DNA of 64,000 nt, from positions 1,046-65,045 of the forward strand of contig JAZOUT010000087.1 of assembly GCA_045658305.1 (NCBI GenBank). Direction: 5' to 3'. The notes under the pieces are model-generated. The model did no database searches. It was not told the DNA's origin and saw nothing but the letters and a program-made list of their open reading frames with translations. Numbering within the stretch: the first letter of the stretch is position 1; the number at the start of each line of letters is the position of its first letter. The position numbers were made by a program, and so were the translations under genes. The stretch comes from Candidatus Aphodosoma sp. Lineage in GTDB: Bacteria; Bacteroidota; Bacteroidia; Bacteroidales; Paludibacteraceae. Below, piece by piece: positions 46,378-53,559 of this stretch.

Positions 46378-48306
46378 TTAGTGTCTGCCTTTTGAGTTTG
46401 ACTTCATTTGACGTGCTTGTTGCTCACGAAGGGCTTGTTGTTGCGCTTTTTGAGCTTCTTCAAGACGTTGCATGAAACCTGATTTCTTTTGTGGTTTTGT
46501 TTTATTTTTCTCGAGTTGCGCAAGCACTTTTTTGTCATCAACAAAAAGACGGAACAAATATGTTTGAAGTATTGTAATCAAAAGCGATACGAAATAGTAG
46601 TATGAAAGACCTGACGCATAATTATTAAAGATGAACATAAACATCACTGGCATCATATACATCATAGTTTTCATCATACCTGCACCTGGCTGGTCGCCTG
46701 CACCTGTTGTTGCCATATTGATTTTTGTATAGATGATGTTTGTAACTGTCATCAAAAGGCAAAACAAAGAGATGTGGTTACCGAAATATGGTGTGATAAG
46801 TGGAATATACATATCCCAAGAGAGGATAGCATCGTAAGATGAGAGGTCGTCTGCCCAAAGGAATGATTGTCCACGAAGCTCAAATGCTGTTGGGAAGAAG
46901 CTGAACATAGCGAACAAAATAGGCATTTGGAATAACATAGGAAGACAGCCACTCATAGGACTTACGCCTGCTTTTTGATAAAGAGCCATAGTGGCTTGTT
47001 GGCGTTCCATTGCTTTTTCGGCAGGGATGCGAGCATTGATTTCATCGATTTGAGGACGAAGTACACGCATTTTTGCCGACGACATATATGATTTGAATGT
47101 AAATGGAAGTATCACCAATTTGATAATGATAGTCAACAAGAAGATGATAAGACCATAACTACCGATATATTTACCGAGGAAATTGAACACAGGAATGATA
47201 ACACAAGTCGTAATCCAACGGAAAAGCGACCAACCCATAGGGATGATGTGTTGGAGACGGAGTTTATCTTCGCCATCAATGTGCTTATCGTAAGATTTCA
47301 ACACACGATATTGGTTAGGACCATAATATGTATGAAATTTAGTTGAACGGGCACCATTAGGGTCGAACGCAACGCTTGCTTCCATCGAGTGTTTTTTGAT
47401 AAACTCAGAACGCTCAGGCATAATTTCAGTTTCAACAGCTGTAGCAGTGAAAGCATCATCGGCAATCATAATAGTGCTAAAGAAGTGGTCTTTGAATGCC
47501 ACCCAACGCACTTTACCTGCAAGTTTTTCTGAATCATTGCGAAGTTCAGAAAGACGTTCCATATCGTCAGAAACAAACTTATAATTAAGTGTTGCATAAC
47601 GAGACTCAAATTTGCGACCCTTCTCGTTTTGACGAATGAGCGATTGCCATTGCATATCGAGCGACGATGTATTTGGCGAGAGATATTGAGCCATATTGTG
47701 AGCTTTAATCTCCATCGAAGTCATAAAATCGTCATTAGGAATTGTATAGATGAAGTCAATATGAGCATCTGCATCAACAGCAAGACGCATAGTTACGATT
47801 TGAGCTTCATCAGTTTTGCTAACTATTGGTTCAAAATAGAGGCTCTTAGTGCTGATAATACGATTGTCGCTTGTGAAGAGAGTAAAACCAAGAGAAGCAT
47901 CACCATCAGCAAAAAGCATCAAAGGAAGCGAGTCATAACGAGTGTAATTCTTCATTTCGGCAGCACAAACGCGACCACCTTTGTTAGAAAAAGTAAGACG
48001 AATTTTCTCATTCTCTACAGCAAATTGCTCTTCTACACCAACGCCTGCAGCCGCAAAATAGCCATAAGTTTTTTCAAGACGAGCTGAATCAAGAGTCATT
48101 TCGCCAATAGCAGCAAGAGAATCCGCAACTGCTTGCTCTCGTTCAAGTTCTAACTGAGCAAGATATGCCGCCTCATTAGCAGCAGCAATAGAGTCACGCA
48201 CATGTTGACGACGCGCCAACTCTTCTTTACTTGGTTGGTTCAACCAACTGAAACCGAATATTACGGCCATTATTAGGACTAAGCCTATGACGGTGTTTTT
48301 ATCCAT
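46378..48306 (-). CDS. yidC: Membrane protein insertase YidC (long Bacteroidetes form, 642 aa)
   Basis: N-terminal TM, large periplasmic domain, conserved core GCLPMLFQMPILFAMF...SLLITILQ, and a basic C-terminal tail. Confidence 0.93.
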   Translation of the reverse strand: MDKNTVIGLVLIMAVIFGFSWLNQPSKEELARRQHVRDSIAAANEAAYLAQLELEREQAVADSLAAIGEMTLDSARLEKTYGYFAAAGVGVEEQFAVENEKIRLTFSNKGGRVCAAEMKNYTRYDSLPLMLFADGDASLGFTLFTSDNRIISTKSLYFEPIVSKTDEAQIVTMRLAVDADAHIDFIYTIPNDDFMTSMEIKAHNMAQYLSPNTSSLDMQWQSLIRQNEKGRKFESRYATLNYKFVSDDMERLSELRNDSEKLAGKVRWVAFKDHFFSTIMIADDAFTATAVETEIMPERSEFIKKHSMEASVAFDPNGARSTKFHTYYGPNQYRVLKSYDKHIDGEDKLRLQHIIPMGWSLFRWITTCVIIPVFNFLGKYIGSYGLIIFLLTIIIKLVILPFTFKSYMSSAKMRVLRPQIDEINARIPAEKAMERQQATMALYQKAGVSPMSGCLPMLFQMPILFAMFSFFPTAFELRGQSFLWADDLSSYDAILSWDMYIPLITPYFGNHISLFCLLMTVTNIIYTKINMATTGAGDQPGAGMMKTMMYMMPVMFMFIFNNYASGLSYYYFVSLLITILQTYLFRLFVDDKKVLAQLEKNKTKPQKKSGFMQRLEEAQKAQQQALREQQARQMKSNSKGRH

Positions 48307-48315
48307 TTATTTTTT

Positions 48316-48350
48316 AAGTTGAAAATTAAAAGTTGTAAGCTAAAAGTCCA
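48316..48350. repeat. Heptamer array (5 units) in the yidC 5' leader, 10 nt from the start codon
   Basis: aagttga aaattaa aagttgt aagctaa aagtcca. Confidence 0.65.
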
Positions 48351-48411
48351 CCTAACCTTAAGAATATTGCCTTCCGACTTACCACTTTTTATTTGTTACC
48401 AATAAAGTGTG

Positions 48412-48419
48412 CAAAGTTA
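48412..48419 (-). promoter_or_regulatory. -7 promoter motif TAACTTTG for yidC
   Basis: The rc of caaagtta, about 106 nt upstream of the ATG at 48306. Confidence 0.55.
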
Positions 48420-48471
48420 CAAAAATTTATTGAAATGTGCAAATCTGTTTTTCATCCCACCCCCAAAAAAC

Positions 48472-48513
48472 AAAAAAAGTCTGAAAAATATTTAACATAT
48501 TCTCAGACTTTTT
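48472..48513. terminator. Bidirectional terminator-like hairpin downstream of the 50136-48545 operon
   Basis: agtctga...tcagact with extended imperfect inner pairing. An A-run precedes and a T-run follows. Confidence 0.65.
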
Positions 48514-48544
48514 ATCATAATTACTAAAATTCGCCAATAAACAT

Positions 48545-48898
48545 TTAACCAATAAAAGATAAAATCTCCATTAGTCTATCAGTCTCACTTAAAATAGGAG
48601 ACCAAATTAAAAACTGAAGAAAATACATCACAATAACAAAACTTTCCAATAAACGAACCCCAGTCCCATTGTCCCTTCTCACTTCTGCATTATCTTTTAT
48701 AATTAGAGCTAATATAAACATAAAAAACAATACATTTATAATCCACGCTATCAACTGAACTATAAGAGCCACACTCTCTGTTTCAAACAATGTCGGCAAT
48801 AACAAGTCTATAGGCAACAACAATATTGGTGTCCACCACATCCATCCACGAACTGCAACAGTTCGTATAGGGCGAAAGAAGCAAAATTTGTTTTTCAT
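48545..48898 (-). CDS. Small 3-TM membrane protein (117 aa), tandem paralog of 48910..49254
   Basis: Shares AVRGWMWW/AVRGWMYY, LFE[ST][EK]SV, VQLI.W.I..L.F.F..A.IIKDN and FLQFLIW.P with its neighbour. No family recognised. Confidence 0.8.
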   Translation of the reverse strand: MKNKFCFFRPIRTVAVRGWMWWTPILLLPIDLLLPTLFETESVALIVQLIAWIINVLFFMFILALIIKDNAEVRRDNGTGVRLLESFVIVMYFLQFLIWSPILSETDRLMEILSFIG

Positions 48899-48909
48899 GA
48901 TTTCAAGAT

Positions 48910-49254
48910 TTAATTAAAAAAAGATAAAACATCTACAAGTTTATTAGCTCCACTCATCATAGGAGTCCAAATTAAAAACTGAAAAAAGAATAATACAGTA
49001 AGAAAACAATAAACCAAACTAATATTAGTCTCTTTATTTTTGTTCAGTTCTATATTATCTTTTATTATTACCGCTATAGTAAAAAGGAAACACAATATAT
49101 GTATTGCCCATATAATCAGTTGAACCGTATACTCTACAGATTTAGACTCAAATAATAAAGTAATAAAATTAGCACATAGCAACAAAAATGGCACATAATA
49201 CATCCATCCCCGAACTGCAATACTTCCCATGAAGAAAAATTTTACGTCTTTCAT
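48910..49254 (-). CDS. Small 3-TM membrane protein (114 aa), tandem paralog of 48545..48898
   Basis: See the paralog. An 11-nt spacer separates it from the downstream gene and 15 nt from the upstream gene. Confidence 0.8.
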   Translation of the reverse strand: MKDVKFFFMGSIAVRGWMYYVPFLLLCANFITLLFESKSVEYTVQLIIWAIHILCFLFTIAVIIKDNIELNKNKETNISLVYCFLTVLFFFQFLIWTPMMSGANKLVDVLSFFN

Positions 49255-49269
49255 AATCTATTTTTTTAA

Positions 49270-50136
49270 TTAAGGTTGAATAAAAATAACTTTTTGAATT
49301 GACTCTAAACAGTCCATATACTCTCTCCAATATTCCAATCTCTTTTGCGCATATATAACCAAATTATAAGCCAATGTTACTGTATAACTATTTACACCAA
49401 AAAGCAAAAAAACTGTAGATGCCAAAAAACCTGATATCAAATCCTCATCTGCTTGCATAACATTTTCCCTATAAGTATGCAAGCAATCATCTTCAGTTTC
49501 TTCTTCTTCATTTGCATAATAAGCGTTAAGTGCTGTTACAAAATCAGAAGAATTACTAAACTCTAAAACCGAAAAAGCCCCTACGTCATAAGGTTGATAA
49601 ATTATAGTATTCGGATTTGTAATATTGAGTTCATAATCGTTTATATAACTTACAGGATTTCTATCTATCAAAAACTTACCTTCATTAGTTTCCATAACCA
49701 AATAAACATCAATATATCGATTAAAACTATTAATCGCAGCTGCTGTTATACACAACGACAACTTTTCCTCATTTGTCAAATCAACACCATCAAACATAGA
49801 CATCAAATCTGCTACAGAAACAGAATACGCTCCCTGAATCTGCTCTAAATATTCCATACACAACTCCGACACCTCACAAGAATCATAATAATTCACAACA
49901 AATCCATATTCCTCACAAATAAAATGAAATTCAGAGTTAAAAGTCCCCGCATCTAAACCTCCACCAAAATAATTAAAATAAAGTTCATGCAAAGATTCAT
50001 AAAGCGCATAATTATTATTTAAAGAATCTAAAGAGCGAGGGCTTTCTTGTACATCAACTACTTCGACAGAAGCTTCTTTTGAGCAAGAAACCAAAACAAA
50101 AATCAAGCTCAAACAAAAAAATATTATTTTTTTCAT
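49270..50136 (-). CDS. Lipoprotein of unknown function (288 aa)
   Basis: Lipobox LVSCSKE after MKKIIFFCLSLIFV, an acidic patch ANEEEETEDDC, and a hydrophobic C-terminal segment. First gene of a three-gene operon. Confidence 0.8.
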   Translation of the reverse strand: MKKIIFFCLSLIFVLVSCSKEASVEVVDVQESPRSLDSLNNNYALYESLHELYFNYFGGGLDAGTFNSEFHFICEEYGFVVNYYDSCEVSELCMEYLEQIQGAYSVSVADLMSMFDGVDLTNEEKLSLCITAAAINSFNRYIDVYLVMETNEGKFLIDRNPVSYINDYELNITNPNTIIYQPYDVGAFSVLEFSNSSDFVTALNAYYANEEEETEDDCLHTYRENVMQADEDLISGFLASTVFLLFGVNSYTVTLAYNLVIYAQKRLEYWREYMDCLESIQKVIFIQP

Positions 50137-50293
50137 AGTCTAAATAAATTAAAAGAATTATACTCAAGTTCACTAATTCACAATATGATAAGCTCGATAC
50201 ACCTCTGTGTATCAAATAACTAACCCAAGTTATTCTTACCTAATTGTGACAATAAACGATTCATATAAACTTTATTTATAGACTAAACTGCCA

Positions 50294-50301
50294 CAAAGTT
50301 A
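50294..50301 (-). promoter_or_regulatory. -7 promoter motif TAACTTTG for the lipoprotein operon
   Basis: The rc of caaagtta, 158 nt upstream of the ATG at 50136. Confidence 0.45.
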
Positions 50302-50380
50302 CAAAAAAAACAACAATAAAAACAACACATCTTCACAATATTTTCAAAAAAATCAACAACAACCATACCCTCACCAAATC

Positions 50381-50451
50381 TATAACATACTATAAATATA
50401 CTATAAACATACTATAAATATAGGATAAACATATGATAAATATACTATAAA
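50381..50451 (-). repeat. 11-bp tandem array E (6 units, minus orientation)
   Basis: The rc reads atagtatatt tatcatatgtt tatcctatatt tatagtatgtt tatagtatatt tatagtatgtt at. Confidence 0.9.
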
Positions 50452-50514
50452 GCAACCATCACCCACACCCAAAACACACAAAACAACCATCTTGCCCAAA
50501 CAAAAAAAAATTCG

Positions 50515-50522
50515 TAACTTTG
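50515..50522 (+). promoter_or_regulatory. -7 promoter motif TAACTTTG for 50554..52224
   Basis: Exact motif 32 nt upstream of the ATG. Confidence 0.6.
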
Positions 50523-50553
50523 CACCCTGAAAATTAAAACATTAAAACACCCT

Positions 50554-52224
50554 ATGAAAACTACATTTTTAAAAACCCTTATGATGCTTGTTCTCACAAG
50601 CACAATGTTCATTTTCTCGGCTTGTGACAACACAGAACAACCAGAAGACCAATCAATAAAAGAAACAAAACTCATCGGCTATTGTGGCAACAACATCAAC
50701 GTCAACATCGCCGCAGGTCAAATGGCACGCATGGGCGGTGGCACAACACTCCCGAAAGCAATGTTTGGCGACTCCAAATACATCGTCGGCGCGCGCGTCT
50801 ATATCGGCGCCGAAGCCACCGACACAAAAATCTTCATCTCTAAAGACCTACAAACCAACCTCTACGAACAACCATTCGAAGTCGTTCCTAACGCATGGAA
50901 TTACGTCAAATTCACTACCCCATTCGAACTTACCGACTCTCTCGCAGGTGTTTACATCGGCTACATCGGCATATCCGACGGAGCTATGCTCGGCATGGAA
51001 AGCGGAGAATTCCAACTAAACTCAGGCGGAATGGGCATGGACATCTACTACGATAGCACAGAAGCCGAACAATGGCAATTCTTCACCAAAGTAGGTGGCT
51101 ATGGCTACAAAGGCAAACTCGGCATCCAAGCCGTAGTCACAGGCGGAGACTATAGCGCAGACATACAAAACGACATCTGCATCGCAAATGTCCGTACCGA
51201 CAACAAACTACCTATCAACTCATTGAACAACATCAAATTCGACGTATTCAACTACGGCATCAAAACAGTCAACGACCTCACAATCGAATACGAATACAAC
51301 GGCGAAAAAAATTCTATAACATACAACAAACTCGACCTCTGGAACGGCATGGGCAAAACAATCAACATCACCAATCTCAAAACCCCAGCCACAGAAGGCA
51401 AATACACACTCAAAATCACAGCCAAAACAACAAGCGACCAACAACAAGACAACAACACATACTCAACCGAACAAGAAATCTACGCATCTGGCTTCCCTCG
51501 CAAAGTCCTCATCGAAAAATTCACAGGCCAAAGCTGTTCTGCTTGCCCTAATGGTGCCGAAATCATAAAAGCCACTCGCGCAGCATTCGAAGGTCGTTCA
51601 ATCGAAGTCGCTCACCACGAAGGCTTTGGTCCCGATGCTTTCACAATTGACGAAAGTAAAGAATACGCAAACTTCTTCTACTCTCAACCTAAATTCTCGC
51701 CTGCTATAATGATTGACCGCAATGTTGCTAACTCAGAGAATCCCGAATCAGTCGTAGGTCGAGTAAACGATAACGCAACTCCACTCTTCACCGAAGACGC
51801 CCTCGCCAAAGCACTCGAATCAATCGCACCACTCAACATAAACATCACACACACATATAATGAAACAAACCGCCAACTCGCAGTTACCATAAGTGGAGAA
51901 GCAATCCAAGCACTCCCTAATGCGCGTGTTAACGTATGGCTCACACAATCCAACATCAAAGCATTCCAAATAAAAGGTGGCGACGACTACTCTCACAACC
52001 ACGCCATCCGCGCTACTCTAACAGGCACTTGGGGACAAGAACTCGTCCTCACACCTGACAACAAATACGAAATGACATTCCGCTACCAACTCCCTGAAAA
52101 AATCGGTGACTTCGACGTAGTCATCGACGACATGGAAATCGTAGCATTCATCGCCGACTACGACGCTACAAGTAGCTTCAACTGCCGCGTCCACAACGCC
52201 GAAGCCATAGCACTCAAAAAATAA
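50554..52224 (+). CDS. Outer-membrane lipoprotein with thioredoxin-like CxxC motif, Omp28-related (556 aa)
   Basis: Lipobox MFIFSACDN. VLIEKFTGQSCSACPNG resembles the conserved E.FTG..C..CP motif of Omp28-family proteins (family assignment from memory). Confidence 0.6.
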   Translation: MKTTFLKTLMMLVLTSTMFIFSACDNTEQPEDQSIKETKLIGYCGNNINVNIAAGQMARMGGGTTLPKAMFGDSKYIVGARVYIGAEATDTKIFISKDLQTNLYEQPFEVVPNAWNYVKFTTPFELTDSLAGVYIGYIGISDGAMLGMESGEFQLNSGGMGMDIYYDSTEAEQWQFFTKVGGYGYKGKLGIQAVVTGGDYSADIQNDICIANVRTDNKLPINSLNNIKFDVFNYGIKTVNDLTIEYEYNGEKNSITYNKLDLWNGMGKTINITNLKTPATEGKYTLKITAKTTSDQQQDNNTYSTEQEIYASGFPRKVLIEKFTGQSCSACPNGAEIIKATRAAFEGRSIEVAHHEGFGPDAFTIDESKEYANFFYSQPKFSPAIMIDRNVANSENPESVVGRVNDNATPLFTEDALAKALESIAPLNINITHTYNETNRQLAVTISGEAIQALPNARVNVWLTQSNIKAFQIKGGDDYSHNHAIRATLTGTWGQELVLTPDNKYEMTFRYQLPEKIGDFDVVIDDMEIVAFIADYDATSSFNCRVHNAEAIALKK

Positions 52225-52228
52225 ATTA

Positions 52229-52387
52229 TTTTTTTAACATAAGTACATAACTATCTCGCATTAAGTACATAAACAAACTTTTATATGTACTTAAAAAAGA
52301 TTTTATCCACTGAAAAACACAAAATGTAAAATAAAATCAGTGAACCTACTAACAATTTTTTTGTACTTATGTTGAAAATAAAAAAAC
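52229..52387. repeat. Nested-palindrome element (motif order F F R R of TAAGTACAT), copy 1
   Basis: Outer arms aacataagtaca (52236-47) and tgtacttatgtt (52362-73). Inner arms ttaagtacat (52261-70) and atgtacttaa (52285-94). T/A runs flank it. Confidence 0.75.
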
Positions 52388-52416
52388 AAACTATTGCACA
52401 ATCAAAATATTTATTA

Positions 52417-52424
52417 TAACTTTG
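52417..52424 (+). promoter_or_regulatory. -7 promoter motif TAACTTTG for rpsO
   Basis: Exact motif 70 nt upstream of the ATG at 52494. Confidence 0.6.
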
Positions 52425-52493
52425 CAATCCGAAAGTGCTTCACGGAGTGAAAGCTCTTAAGTAACTAATTATTAACCAATAAACTTTATCTGT

Positions 52494-52763
52494 ATGTACT
52501 TAGACGCAGAAAAAAAACAAGAAATTTTTGGTAAATACGGTAAATCAACTACTGACACAGGTTCTCCTGAGTCTCAAATTGCGTTGTTCTCTTTCCGTAT
52601 CGCTCGTTTGACAGAACACCTTCAATCAAATCGTAAAGATTATAGCACTGAGCGTGCTTTGCGTATGTTGGTAGGTAAACGTCGTCGTATGCTCGACTAC
52701 TTGAAACAAGTTGACATCGAACGCTACCGTGCTATCATTAAAGAATTGGGCCTCCGCCGCTAA
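52494..52763 (+). CDS. rpsO: 30S ribosomal protein S15
   Basis: 89 aa. MYLDAEKKQEIFGKYG...DTGSPESQIALFS.RI..LTEHL..N.KD..S.R.L..LVGKRRR.L.YL is the canonical S15. Confidence 0.97.
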   Translation: MYLDAEKKQEIFGKYGKSTTDTGSPESQIALFSFRIARLTEHLQSNRKDYSTERALRMLVGKRRRMLDYLKQVDIERYRAIIKELGLRR

Positions 52764-52780
52764 TTCTGAAAAGCACACAG

Positions 52781-52819
52781 AAAAAAAAAAGAAGCCTCTA
52801 TTACGAGGCTTCTTTTTTT
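52781..52819 (+). terminator. Rho-independent terminator of rpsO
   Basis: agaagcctc (52790-98) pairs with gaggcttct (52805-13), followed by T6. Confidence 0.85.
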
Positions 52820-52905
52820 CATAACCATCTAACACGCCATGCAACTTTACAACCTATCTTAACAAACTAATAAAAACCTTAAAAAAATCACTTCAACAAA
52901 TACCA

Positions 52906-53304
52906 ATGAAAAAAATCCACCTATTAATAACAGCAGCAATTATTTGGGGAATACCTGGCATCTCATTAACCATCAAAGGCATATCGGCATATCTCGCTCA
53001 ACAAAAATCTGACCTTTGGTGGCTTTTGCTCATTACTCTTTTCGTATTAACCTCATTCTTCTTCATATTCCGAAAGATAGTCAATCGCTACTCCGACAGA
53101 ATAATAAATCTCCCAGAGCGAAACAACCTACTACAAACATTCCCCTTTCGCGGCTGGTTTCTTCTTATATTCATGATGGGTTTAGGCATATCACTCAAAT
53201 ATATACCAAACATTCCTCTTGCTTTCACCGCTTGCTTCTATTCTGGATTAGGACCAATGTTAATTCTATCAGCAATAAAATTTCTTACATACACAAAAAA
53301 ATAG
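52906..53304 (+). CDS. Small 4-TM membrane protein of unknown function (132 aa)
   Basis: Complete ORF with four hydrophobic helices and its own terminator. No family recognised. Confidence 0.7.
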   Translation: MKKIHLLITAAIIWGIPGISLTIKGISAYLAQQKSDLWWLLLITLFVLTSFFFIFRKIVNRYSDRIINLPERNNLLQTFPFRGWFLLIFMMGLGISLKYIPNIPLAFTACFYSGLGPMLILSAIKFLTYTKK

Positions 53305-53335
53305 AGATGCCAACATTACGCATCTCTATTTTTTA
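53295..53335 (+). terminator. Rho-independent terminator overlapping the TAG stop of 52906..53304 (TAGAGRYGCAA family)
   Basis: atagagatgc (53301-10) pairs with gcatctctat (53320-29), followed by a T-run. Confidence 0.8.
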
Positions 53336-53340
53336 TCATA

Positions 53341-53559
53341 ACCATTAAGCGAATAATTCTACATTATGAACCGAAGGTCATGAGCCTTTAGGCGAATAAT
53401 TGTGAATTGTGAACCGAAGGTCATGAGCCGTTAGGCAAATAATTATGCATTATACATTGTGAACCGAAGGTCATGACCGTTAAGGCGAATAATTGTGAAT
53501 TGTGCATTGTGCATTATGCATTGTGCATTGTGAATTGTGAATTGTGAATTGTGCATTAA
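53341..53559. repeat. Composite satellite downstream of polA: three ~44-52-bp units (GCGAATAATT-heptamers-GAACCGAAGGTCATGAGCC) followed by a 9.5-unit heptamer array
   Basis: gaaccgaaggtcatga(g)cc occurs at 53368, 53412 and 53461. The pure array 53491-53557 reads aattgtg aattgtg cattgtg cattatg cattgtg cattgtg aattgtg aattgtg aattgtg catt and ends 2 nt before the polA stop codon. Confidence 0.9.
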
